Assembly: GCA_963726085.1 (NCBI GenBank)
Contig: CAVSAR010000011.1
Location: 74,298 to 138,297, forward strand
From: an uncultured Pseudomonadota bacterium
GTDB taxonomy: Bacteria > Pseudomonadota > Gammaproteobacteria > Steroidobacterales > Steroidobacteraceae
Direction of reading: 5' to 3'
Length of the DNA stretch: 64,000 nt
Shown: positions 1 through 8,840 of the stretch, in pieces
Layout: every line of letters starts with the position of its first letter
Position numbering within the stretch: the first letter of the stretch is position 1
Position numbers and translations under genes: made by a program
Notes under the pieces: model-generated
What the model saw: the letters and a program-made list of their open reading frames with translations, nothing else
Databases searched by the model: none
Told to the model about the DNA's origin: nothing

Positions 1-289
1 TCGGCCTCTCGCATACCTCGATCATCGCCGGCACTAGTGTGCGATTGCGATCAGCCAATGTGGCTTCGGCGCGTACCCAGCGTGAGACTACCGATTTCTT
101 CGACCACAATACGACCACCGCCTTTGCTTCGCGCAGCGCACCCTCTGTGACTTCATCATAGGCTTCACCCGATCGTAAAGCGGCATCCCACCAGACCGTA
201 AGGCCCTCCCGTTCAAAGGCCTCGGCAAACCGGCGCGCCACAGCTTGGTCTTCCCGGTTATAGGAAAGAAAGATTTCGGGCTGCGTCAT
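1..289 (-). CDS. TIR domain protein. Only the N-terminal ~96 codons are in the window; the gene continues beyond position 1.
   Basis: Reverse translation from the ATG at 289 gives MTQPEIFLSYNREDQAVARRFAEAFEREGLTVWWDAALRSGEAYDEVTEGALREAKAVVVLWSKKSVVSRWVRAEATLADRNRTLVPAMIE, a TIR_2-type domain with the same motifs as the three downstream paralogues. There is an ATGA start/stop overlap with the next gene (stop of 286..2076). Confidence 0.7.
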   Translation of the reverse strand, partial: MTQPEIFLSYNREDQAVARRFAEAFEREGLTVWWDAALRSGEAYDEVTEGALREAKAVVVLWSKKSVVSRWVRAEATLADRNRTLVPAMIEVCERP

Positions 290-2076
290 GTACCGCGACT
301 CTCGGCCGATTCAAGTTGGGTGCGCGCGGTCGTCAGCATGGTCACGAACCGCGGATAACTTCGCATGGAATCAAAGTCGTTGTCCTTGTCGACCCATGCC
401 AACCATCCCGAATTTACCTTGCTGAACACGCCTTCCAGCAGGTCGCAGGCGGCTTCGGCGTCGTTCATACGCGCCATACCACAGGAAAGATTATAGAGAA
501 GGCGAACATTGTCGGGATCAAAGAGTACAGCACGACGCGCCCACTCCCTCGCACGATCCACCTCGCCAAGTTGCGCCAAAGCAGGGACCATGAAGCCCAG
601 GGCTCCCCCGTGATCTGGCTCCACCTCTAGCAATTTCTCACAGTGAGACACAAGTATGCGCGCGGCGGCATCGGCTTTCTGTTTGTCCCCGAGCCCGGCA
701 TAAGCCTGGACAATCATCCCAGCGGGCCGATAGGCAACAGGATCCAGGGTCATTGCGATTTCAAAGTGGCGGATGGCGTCCGGGTATTTTTGTCCGGCGA
801 TATCCAGATATCCCGCACACAACTGCGCCTCAAAGGAATTTGGATTCATTCGCAGTGCCGTCTCTATATACGAATGGCCAGCCACCAGATCCATGCCGGC
901 GCCGCGGCCCCGTGCCTCCGCCAGTGCGGCATATCCCTCAGCCAGGTTGGGGTCGAGCGCAATCGCCTTTTCGGCCGCAAGGACCGCCCGATCCAGCGAG
1001 GAACCGCTCACACCCCGCTGGGCCATTTCGCTCTCCGCGAAAGACAGTTGCGCCCACGCCTGGGCGCAGCTGGCATCCAGCTCCACAATGCGATTGCAGA
1101 TTCTCGCGATCAATGGCTGCATGCGTTCGCTGCCGGTACGACTGAACTGCCGCGCCAGCAGGAACAGCTCGTAGGCCTCGGAACTGTTGGTGGTGCGTTG
1201 GGCGATAGCCTTCCGTTCGGCTGGCGCAAGCTTCACCTTCAGCGCGGCGACGATAGCCTGGGAAATCTCCTCCTGGATGGCAAAGATGTCGTCAAGCGTG
1301 CGATCGAACCGGTCGGCCCAGATCTGCGCGTCGGTGGTGACCTCCACCAGCTGCGCGGTAATGCGAACCCGCGACCCGCTCTTGCGAATGCTGCCTTCCA
1401 GGATGTGCGAGACGTGCTGTTCACGCCCGATCTGTGCCGCCGCGATTGTCCTGCCCTTTAACGAAAATGCTGCGTTTCGCGACACGACCGACAGCGCGGA
1501 CACACGCCCCAGGTCTGTAATGATGTCCTCCGTGACGCCGTCGCTGAAATACTCCTGCTCCGGGTCGCCACTCATGTTTACAAACGGCAACACCAATATC
1601 GCGGGACGCACTGATGCACCCTCGTACGGGGCCCTTGATGCCGGATGCGTAATGGCTGCCAGAGGCGACGGTGTAAGCACGGATCGCGCGGCAATGCGCC
1701 GCTTCACATCGGCAACCAGCCCCATCCAGACCCGGTCCTTAGGTGAACCATCCCAATGCATGAGTTCCGCGGATTGCGTCAGCTCGAACATGATGGGCCG
1801 GTCGCAGGTCTCGATCATCACCGGCACCAGTGTCTTGTTGCGATCCGCCAGCGTGGCTTCGGCCCGCACCCAGCGCGAGGCAACAGAGGTCTTTGACCAC
1901 AGCACCACTACGGCCTTGGCTTCACGCAGCGCCTTCTCGGTTACTTCGTCGTAGGCCTCGCCCGAGCGCAGGGTTTCGTCCCACCACACACCAACACCCT
2001 CGCGCTCGAAACCCTCGGCAAATCGTCGCGCGATGACCTGATCCTCACGGCTATATGAAAGAAAGACGTCCGTCAT
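286..2076 (-). CDS. TIR domain protein with a TolB-N/CadC-like sensor module and TPR-like repeats. No TM helix detected.
   Basis: I take the start as the internal Met of ORF 286..2226 (MTDVFLSYSREDQ..., cat at 2074-2076). TIR motifs are VWWDETL, VVVLWSKTSVASRWVRAEAT. They are followed by ILVLPFVNMSGDPEQEYFSDGVTEDII and a TPR-like Ala/Leu-rich C-terminal region. There is no hydrophobic segment between the TIR and sensor modules. Confidence 0.75.
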   Translation of the reverse strand: MTDVFLSYSREDQVIARRFAEGFEREGVGVWWDETLRSGEAYDEVTEKALREAKAVVVLWSKTSVASRWVRAEATLADRNKTLVPVMIETCDRPIMFELTQSAELMHWDGSPKDRVWMGLVADVKRRIAARSVLTPSPLAAITHPASRAPYEGASVRPAILVLPFVNMSGDPEQEYFSDGVTEDIITDLGRVSALSVVSRNAAFSLKGRTIAAAQIGREQHVSHILEGSIRKSGSRVRITAQLVEVTTDAQIWADRFDRTLDDIFAIQEEISQAIVAALKVKLAPAERKAIAQRTTNSSEAYELFLLARQFSRTGSERMQPLIARICNRIVELDASCAQAWAQLSFAESEMAQRGVSGSSLDRAVLAAEKAIALDPNLAEGYAALAEARGRGAGMDLVAGHSYIETALRMNPNSFEAQLCAGYLDIAGQKYPDAIRHFEIAMTLDPVAYRPAGMIVQAYAGLGDKQKADAAARILVSHCEKLLEVEPDHGGALGFMVPALAQLGEVDRAREWARRAVLFDPDNVRLLYNLSCGMARMNDAEAACDLLEGVFSKVNSGWLAWVDKDNDFDSMRSYPRFVTMLTTARTQLESAESRGT

Positions 2077-2095
2077 GACACTGCGCTTGCCCCGA

Positions 2096-4114
2096 TCATT
2101 TGCATTCGAAATCTTCCTTGCCAACTGGTCTGCAGAAGTCACCCCAGTTGCCGGCGGCGCGCCAGTAGGCGGCGACACCAATGTCTTGCAGTAGTTGCTT
2201 GAATCCAGGTTCACCACGTAAATCACGCATTACTGGCCGCCATAGTATGAAGCCCCAGATTTCGAAGCTGTAACCCTTGTGGCTCATGGCCTCGAACGTC
2301 TGCAAAGCAAGCTTGTGATCCCCAAGGTAGGTCGCCCACTGGGCAATACTGGACATGGTGTAGATATTGGCGGTATCCCGCGACTCATATTGCTGGTGCA
2401 GATTGCGCAGGGCCACAGCAGGCTCGTCCAGCAAGGGCTCGCCGGCGACGCTGGATACATCTGGCCCCGCTTCCCTAACTGCGACGAGCGCAGCCTTAAG
2501 CTTCGCTTCATTGCGGCTTGCCATGGCGCGCGTTACGGCAGTACCCAGCAGTGCGGGGGTGCGTCCACCGGGAAGCTGCAATAATTGGCGCATTTCTGCA
2601 TCGGCGCGCTCCACTTCCCCCGTGAGCTCGTATGCCATCAGCAAGTTGGTGCGCGCAAAGATGTCCAGCGGGTCATCCTTCTTCACTTTCTCAAGCACCG
2701 TGACGGCCTCTTTGGCCCGTCCCACGCCCTCCAGGAACTGGCCGTGGCGAAACCGTGCGCGCACCCCCAGCCCCCCGGTCAGTGCCAGGGCCTCATTCAG
2801 CAGCCGCTCCATGCCGATGAGATCGCCCTCGCGAGCCGCGCGATAGGACAAGGCGAAACTGGCCTCGGGGGATTTCGGCGACAGCGCCACAACCCGGTCG
2901 ATCGCCCCGTTGAGCTGGCGCTCGTATGGCGGGAGGGACTGCGGATCGTTGGGTGTAGCGCGGATGTACGCATCCACCAGCCACAGCCATGCCTGGACAT
3001 AGCCCGGATCGAGCGATACAGCGCGCTCCAGGTGCGGCGCCGCGGCGCGCATAGATGCCGTGTCGTTCGAATTGAGCAGCGCCCTGCCGGCAAGAAATTC
3101 GTCGTATGCCGCCACATTTTTCGTGCCGCCACCCCTGGGCGCGCCCATGCGCACCTGCAGTTCCTGGGCCACGGCTTTGGCGATCTCTTCCTGGATGGCA
3201 AAGATATCGTCAAGCGATCGCTCGTAGGTCTCGGACCAAACATGTGACCCGTCCGCAGTATTGATCAGCTGCGCCGTAATCTTGACCCGCTTGCCGGATT
3301 TGCGGACGCTTCCTTCCAGCAGGTGGTTGACGCCGAGCACTTCGCCGATATGCCGTAGGTCCTCGTTCTTTCCCTTGAACGCGAACGATGAAGTACGGCC
3401 AATCACGCGCAGGTCAGGTACCTGTGCCAGCTGGTTGAGCAGCTCCTCCGACAGGCCATCGGAAAAATACTCTTGTTCCGGGTCGGAGGACATGTTGACA
3501 AAGGGCAGGACGGCGATCGACGCCGGCACCGCGGCGGTCGAACTAGCGGGAGTGGACGACGCGACCAATGTACCTTTGGGCGCCAGATGCTGGCGCAGCA
3601 TCCATAGCCCGGCACCCGCAATCAGCAATACGCCGATGCCAATCGCCATCACCGCGCGATTGATCCGGCGCTTGCGATCCGCGGGGATTGCAGGCTGCGT
3701 CGAACGCCCCATTTCGGGATCGCCCTTTTGCACCAGTCGCCGTACGCTTGCCAGGTACGCCTGCCAGTCCTTGTCATTGGCGTCACCAGACCAGTTCGAA
3801 AGGTCCGCGGTCTGCTTTAGTTCGAACATGATCGGCCGTTTGCACGCCTCGATCATCGCTGGCACCAGCGTGCCGCTGCGATCTGCCTGGGTTGCCTCGG
3901 CCCGCACCCAACGCGACGCCACTGACTTCCTTGACCACAGGACGACCACAGCCCGGGCTTCTTCAAGGGCCTTTTCGGTTACTTCGTCATAGTCTTCGCC
4001 AGCATTGAGCGTCTGATCCCACCAGACCGTGAAACCCGCACGTTCAAAGCCCTCGGCAAAGCGTCGTGCAATCGCCTGATCGTCACGGCTATAGGAGAGA
4101 AAGATATCGGGCAT
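2096..4114 (-). CDS. TIR domain single-pass membrane protein: TIR, one TM helix, TolB-N/CadC-like module, TPR-like repeats.
   Basis: Start MPDIFLSYSRDDQ (cat 4112-4114; the annotated ORF begins 70 codons upstream without support). TIR motifs are present. The TM candidate is AVMAIGIGVLLIAGAGLWML. After it come IAVLPFVNMSSDPEQEYFSDGLSEELLNQL and TPR-like repeats. The C-terminus is NWGDFCRPVGKEDFECK. It lies 19 nt downstream of the stop of the previous paralogue. Confidence 0.75.
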   Translation of the reverse strand: MPDIFLSYSRDDQAIARRFAEGFERAGFTVWWDQTLNAGEDYDEVTEKALEEARAVVVLWSRKSVASRWVRAEATQADRSGTLVPAMIEACKRPIMFELKQTADLSNWSGDANDKDWQAYLASVRRLVQKGDPEMGRSTQPAIPADRKRRINRAVMAIGIGVLLIAGAGLWMLRQHLAPKGTLVASSTPASSTAAVPASIAVLPFVNMSSDPEQEYFSDGLSEELLNQLAQVPDLRVIGRTSSFAFKGKNEDLRHIGEVLGVNHLLEGSVRKSGKRVKITAQLINTADGSHVWSETYERSLDDIFAIQEEIAKAVAQELQVRMGAPRGGGTKNVAAYDEFLAGRALLNSNDTASMRAAAPHLERAVSLDPGYVQAWLWLVDAYIRATPNDPQSLPPYERQLNGAIDRVVALSPKSPEASFALSYRAAREGDLIGMERLLNEALALTGGLGVRARFRHGQFLEGVGRAKEAVTVLEKVKKDDPLDIFARTNLLMAYELTGEVERADAEMRQLLQLPGGRTPALLGTAVTRAMASRNEAKLKAALVAVREAGPDVSSVAGEPLLDEPAVALRNLHQQYESRDTANIYTMSSIAQWATYLGDHKLALQTFEAMSHKGYSFEIWGFILWRPVMRDLRGEPGFKQLLQDIGVAAYWRAAGNWGDFCRPVGKEDFECK

Positions 4115-4148
4115 TCTTGAGTCCCTGTTCGGCGGCCGCGCCGAGTGG

Positions 4149-5576
4149 CTAATCCTCGCCGTTTGCGTAGAGTTTGACCACTTCGTACAGGAACCTGCGA
4201 CCGTCCAGCAGCGATTTGACCCGGATGCGTTCATCCAGGCCATGGGCATGCGAACCTTCGGGGTCTGCAAACATGCCCGACAGTCCATAAGTCGGGATTC
4301 CGCCCGCGTCCAGGTACCTGCCATCGGTGGCGCCCACCGACATCGTGGGTATCAGGGGAACGCCTGGCCAGATCTTGGCAGCCACGGCCTGCGCCGGACC
4401 GAGGATGGCGCTTGTCATGCGGGGCGCCTGAGACTGCATGGCAGGTTCTCCGGTCGCGGCCACAGTAATCTTTTCATCGGCGAGCACGTCGCGGATTTCC
4501 CGCTGCACATCCGCGACCGAAACGCCTGGAAGGATGCGACAGTTGACGATAGCGCGTACATGCTGCGGCAGGGCATTGTCCGCATGGCCGCCTTCAATCT
4601 GGGTCACCACGCAGGTTGTGCGCAAGGCGGCGTTCCAGGCGGGGTTGACGGCCCAAAGCCTTTGCACGGCTGGCTCGTCCCGCGGATTGGCCAGCACGGC
4701 GCGCATGTCCTTGGCGATTTGCGGCGCGACCGACTTGCTCATCGCCTCGAAATAGGCGCGCGTGGTCGGATTGAAGGAGACAGTAAAGTCATGCGCGCCC
4801 ATGCGCACCAGCCCGGCACTGAGGCGCACGATCGGATTACTGTGCGTTGGCCGCGCGCTGTGCCCGCCGCCATCGGTTGCCTCCAATGCGAAATCCTGGA
4901 ATCCCTTCTCACCTGCCTGGATCTGCAAGGTAACTGGCCTCCCGTCCTTGTCGAGCTCGCCACCGGCGCCCTCATTGAGTGCGAAGGAGGCGCTGAGCAC
5001 CTGCGGCTGCGCCGCCACCAGCCATTTGACCGTATTGAAGATATCGGGCGTTTCTTCGCCGCAGGTCAGTGCCAACTTGATATCGCGTCGCGGCCTGAAT
5101 CCCTCCTTGCGATACCGAACCAGGTTATCCGTAAACACCGAGGCCATCGCCTTGTCGTCGGCTGCGCCGCGCGCATAGAAGTATCCGCCCTCCTCGACAA
5201 GCTTGAAGGGATCCCGTTGCCAGTCCTTGCGCTTTGCCTCAACCACATCAATATGCGCCAGCAGCAGGATCGGCTTGGCCTTCGGCTCGCGGCCACGCAG
5301 GACGGCAACCAGCGCGCCATCATTTGGGCGGTCTGGCGGTGCGAGGATCTGCATGTCGCCCGCGGGAATCCCCGCTGCCAGCAGGTGTGTGCGCATGGCT
5401 TCGGCCGCCTTCGTGCAGCTACCCACCGAACGCGTCGTGTTGAGTTCCACCAGCTCCTTGTAAAGCGCGCGAAATTCAACCTCCCCTGGGTCGGCCGCCT
5501 GTGACGTGGATGTGCCAGCCACGCTGGCTATCAGAATAGAGACTGCGCCGCGCGCTAGGGCCTTCTTCAGTGACAC
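4149..5576 (-). CDS. M20 family metallopeptidase (dipeptidase/carboxypeptidase-like), secreted.
   Basis: 475 aa with a signal peptide MSLKKALARGAVSILIASVAGTSTSQA and M20 hallmarks (LLLAHIDVV, GAADDK, CGEE). It is embedded between TIR paralogues. Its start overlaps the stop of 5567..7618 by 10 nt. Confidence 0.8.
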   Translation of the reverse strand: MSLKKALARGAVSILIASVAGTSTSQAADPGEVEFRALYKELVELNTTRSVGSCTKAAEAMRTHLLAAGIPAGDMQILAPPDRPNDGALVAVLRGREPKAKPILLLAHIDVVEAKRKDWQRDPFKLVEEGGYFYARGAADDKAMASVFTDNLVRYRKEGFRPRRDIKLALTCGEETPDIFNTVKWLVAAQPQVLSASFALNEGAGGELDKDGRPVTLQIQAGEKGFQDFALEATDGGGHSARPTHSNPIVRLSAGLVRMGAHDFTVSFNPTTRAYFEAMSKSVAPQIAKDMRAVLANPRDEPAVQRLWAVNPAWNAALRTTCVVTQIEGGHADNALPQHVRAIVNCRILPGVSVADVQREIRDVLADEKITVAATGEPAMQSQAPRMTSAILGPAQAVAAKIWPGVPLIPTMSVGATDGRYLDAGGIPTYGLSGMFADPEGSHAHGLDERIRVKSLLDGRRFLYEVVKLYANGED

Positions 5577-7618
5577 TCAAAGTCCTCCGCCCCAACGGGC
5601 TTGCAGTAGTCGCCCCAGTTCGAGGAAGCACGGAAATAGTCAGCCAGTCCGACATCCCGCACGAGATCCTTGAATCGCGCGTCGGAGCGAAGGTCGGACT
5701 TAAGCGGGAGCCAGAGCGCATTTGGCGAATGGAAATCGACCGACACGCGTCTCATGGCGATCAGTGCAAGGTCCTTGTCGTCGAACCTGTCGGCAAACAT
5801 CACGATGACGGACATGCGAACCCGATCCTGGTTCGCTGGATCATCAATGCCTTGCCTGATTGCAGCGCGGGCCTGCTCCCGATTTTCAAACTTCCCGGCC
5901 AGGTCGTGTGCAACCGGCATCGGTATCACCTCCTCGCTAAGCAATCTGTGGAACTGGGCCCTGATGGCCGCCGGCTCCGCATTCTTGCGCGCCAGGATTC
6001 GCATTAACGCGAAAATATTCGATTGCTGATGACTCCCGAGCAGCGTTTGGCTGCGCTCATACTCGGCTTGCGCCTCGCTGCTCCTGCCGACCATGTCCAG
6101 TTGCGCCTGCAGGGCACCGGATACATAGAGTGAGAGCGGATCCGCATCACGCGCCTGCTCCTCGAAGCGCACCAATTCCCTGTTCCTGCCCAGGGTCCCG
6201 AGAATGATGCCGTAGCTTTCACCCGCTTCGTTGCTACTGGATGGCAATGCACCGGCCTTCAAAGCACCGGCCATAGCCTCTTCGGCCTGCGCCCAGTTAT
6301 GCTGACCTACAAACTGGTTGACCCGCAAAATCTGTGCCCACCAGGCATTCGGAGCCAATGTCAAAACGCGCTCCGTCGCAGCGTTCGCCTCGCCGCGCAA
6401 AGCTGCGGACTCACTCTCCGGGACGCCGATCAGCGACTCGCGCAGTGCATAGCTTAGCAATAACCAGGCGCGCGAGAACTGCGGATCAAGCGCAACGCAT
6501 TCACGCAACTCCCGGACGGCATGCATGCCCGCCACCGGCCCGTTTTGGTGATAGATCTGGCGAGCGTGCAGATACTTATCATAGGCCTCCACATCCGTGG
6601 TTCCTCCCTGGACGCGAGGCAGATCCCCTACATCGAGCGTCACGCTCAATGCACGGGCTACATCCTTTGCGACTTCCTCCTGCACCGCGAAGACGCCGCT
6701 GAGTTCGCGATCGTAGGTTTGCGACCATAGGTGCCTGCCGTCCTTGGTACCGATCAGCTGCGTAGTAATTCGCAGATTCTTGCCGTCTTTGCGAACGCTA
6801 CCCTCGAGAATATTGTCCACATCCAGCGTCTTGCCGATCGCCCGAATGTCCTCGCCCTTTCCCTTGAACAGAAAGCTGGAGGTACGCGCGGTGACGCGTA
6901 GCGCCTTGATGTGCGCCAGCTGATTCAGGAGTTCCTCCGTCATACCATCCGAGAAGTAGTCCTGATCGTGCGCTGGTGACATATCGGCAAACGGGAGCAC
7001 CGCAAGCGTGATGTTGGTTTCCGGTTTTACCGCTGGGCTGCCTGCGAGTGCTTGCGTGGCGCCGGCAGCGGAAAATCCGGCAACCCCCTTGGGGCTGTAG
7101 TGGAACCAGATCAGGGCGGCGCCGGCAAGCACCAGCAGTGCCACGGGAATCGCGATCTTGAGCCCCATGCCCGCCCTAGGTCCCGCCATCGCCGTCCCCT
7201 TCGTCGGCGTGGTGGCAACCGGTTCACCTTTGTTCATGTGCCGGCGCAAATCGCCGACGAACGCGAGCCACGACCTGTCGTCCGGATCTCCTTTCCAGTG
7301 CGTCAGCTCCGCCGTGTGTTTGAGCTCGAACATGATCGGCCGGTCGCAGGATTCGATCATTGCCGGCACCAGCGTGCCGCTGCGATCCGCAGTGGTCGCT
7401 TCCGCCCGCACCCAGCGCGATTCAACGGACTTCTTTGACCAGAGCACGACCACTGCCTTGGCTTCGCGCAGGGCGCGCTCTGTCACCTGGTCGTAGTTCT
7501 CGCCCGAGCGCAGTGTTTGGTCCCACCAGACAGTGAATCCTTCGCGCTCGAATCCCTCGGCGAAGCGGCGCGCGGTCACCTGATCGTCCCGGCTATAAGA
7601 AAGGAAAATGTCGGTCAT
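5567..7618 (-). CDS. TIR domain single-pass membrane protein: TIR, one TM helix, TolB-N/CadC-like module, TPR-like repeats.
   Basis: 683 aa: MTDIFLSYSRDDQVTARRFAEGFEREGFTVWWDQTL...VVVLWSKKSVESRWVRAEAT. TM helix IAIPVALLVLAGAALIWF, then LAVLPFADMSPAHDQDYFSDGMTEELLNQL. The C-terminus NWGDYCKPVGAEDFECH parallels that of 2096..4114. Confidence 0.8.
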   Translation of the reverse strand: MTDIFLSYSRDDQVTARRFAEGFEREGFTVWWDQTLRSGENYDQVTERALREAKAVVVLWSKKSVESRWVRAEATTADRSGTLVPAMIESCDRPIMFELKHTAELTHWKGDPDDRSWLAFVGDLRRHMNKGEPVATTPTKGTAMAGPRAGMGLKIAIPVALLVLAGAALIWFHYSPKGVAGFSAAGATQALAGSPAVKPETNITLAVLPFADMSPAHDQDYFSDGMTEELLNQLAHIKALRVTARTSSFLFKGKGEDIRAIGKTLDVDNILEGSVRKDGKNLRITTQLIGTKDGRHLWSQTYDRELSGVFAVQEEVAKDVARALSVTLDVGDLPRVQGGTTDVEAYDKYLHARQIYHQNGPVAGMHAVRELRECVALDPQFSRAWLLLSYALRESLIGVPESESAALRGEANAATERVLTLAPNAWWAQILRVNQFVGQHNWAQAEEAMAGALKAGALPSSSNEAGESYGIILGTLGRNRELVRFEEQARDADPLSLYVSGALQAQLDMVGRSSEAQAEYERSQTLLGSHQQSNIFALMRILARKNAEPAAIRAQFHRLLSEEVIPMPVAHDLAGKFENREQARAAIRQGIDDPANQDRVRMSVIVMFADRFDDKDLALIAMRRVSVDFHSPNALWLPLKSDLRSDARFKDLVRDVGLADYFRASSNWGDYCKPVGAEDFECH

Positions 7619-7806
7619 TCACGGTTCCTGATGTGCTCGCCGGCAATTGGGTCAGGCCTCGCCAAGTGTAAGCGCTCCGCATCTGCACCGCCCGCCTCAA
7701 CTGGCGTATTGCCAAGAACACACGGGAGTTTGTCGGATCTCACCATGTGGGTGAGAAAACCAGGATGCGGAGCGGGTGGTAGCCGGGCTGACCCGACGCC
7801 CGCGGA

Positions 7807-8829
7807 CTAGGGCTTGCGCGCCATGACTAGCGAGTAATAGCCCCCGCCCGTACGCCAAGCCTCAATGTCGGCAAATCCGGCAGCCTCCAGAAACCCGCGC
7901 AGCTCTGGCAGGGTGTACTGCCTGCCCTTGGTACCCAGCAGCATCATCATCGAGAACGCGGCCGGCGCCAGTGGCCCACAGCCGTCATCGTCAATCAGCA
8001 TTTCGTGCAGCAGGATGCGCCCGCCGGCAGGCAGCGCCTCAAAGGACTTGCGCGCCAAAATGCGGCAGGTGGCGTCCGACCAGTCGTGAAAGATATTTGA
8101 GAAGAAGTGCGCGTCATGTCCGCGCGGCCAGTTCTCGGTGAACATGTTGACCGCTTGCGTTGATACCTGCGCCTGGACGCCAGCCGCCGCAATGTACTGG
8201 TCGGCTTCCACGCAGACCTGCGTGATCTCCATCACCGTGGCCCGCAGCTCGGGCCACGCTTTTGCCAGCCGGATCGGGAATATGCCCGATCCACCGCCCA
8301 CGTCCAGCAGCGACCGCACCTCGGAAAACAGCGGTTGCGCGGCAACACCCCGCGCAGCCGCCTGGCTGTGCGCATTCATGAAGGCCGTGATGAAATTGGC
8401 GAACTCCGGCGTCATCGCGCCACGTTCCCATTCATCCACGGAAGACAGTCCTCCCTGCGGGCGGCTGCCGGTGCGAAGTGTCGCAAGCATCTGCTTGTGC
8501 AGGAGCTCACGCTCGCGAAAGATGCCCAGCATGGGACCGTAATAGCCCTCTGCCTGCGGATGCATCCACATGCGGCTGGCGGCGGTCGCTCGCCAGCGGC
8601 CTTCGCGTCGCTCCACGAAACCCAGTGCCGCCAGAAGCCCCAGGTGAATCAGCAGCGCGCGCGCATCCACCTTGAGTTCGGTGGCCAATTCCGCGGTGGT
8701 CAGGGACCGCGATGAGATCGCCGTAAAAGTACCGACCTCATCAGCCACCGTGAGGACCGGCATCCGGTACTGCGACAGCCAGGTATCCCAGATGATCTTG
8801 TCGTCGCTGGTCGCGGGCAGTGCACTCAC
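7807..8829 (-). CDS. Class I SAM-dependent O-methyltransferase (family 2 OMT-like).
   Basis: 340 aa with an N-terminal dimerisation-like region and the SAM motif LLDVGGGSG. It lies 11 nt downstream of the MFS transporter gene. Confidence 0.75.
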   Translation of the reverse strand: MSALPATSDDKIIWDTWLSQYRMPVLTVADEVGTFTAISSRSLTTAELATELKVDARALLIHLGLLAALGFVERREGRWRATAASRMWMHPQAEGYYGPMLGIFRERELLHKQMLATLRTGSRPQGGLSSVDEWERGAMTPEFANFITAFMNAHSQAAARGVAAQPLFSEVRSLLDVGGGSGIFPIRLAKAWPELRATVMEITQVCVEADQYIAAAGVQAQVSTQAVNMFTENWPRGHDAHFFSNIFHDWSDATCRILARKSFEALPAGGRILLHEMLIDDDGCGPLAPAAFSMMMLLGTKGRQYTLPELRGFLEAAGFADIEAWRTGGGYYSLVMARKP

Positions 8830-8840
8830 TGTGATTTCCG

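Noticed and set aside
643-1461. Long plus-strand ORFs (643..1461, 753..1145, 1187..1954 and others) overlapping the TIR genes.
   Set aside because: They are antisense to genes with clear domain content. Their compositionally odd products are rich in Arg, Pro and Ala, which is typical of high-GC frame artefacts.
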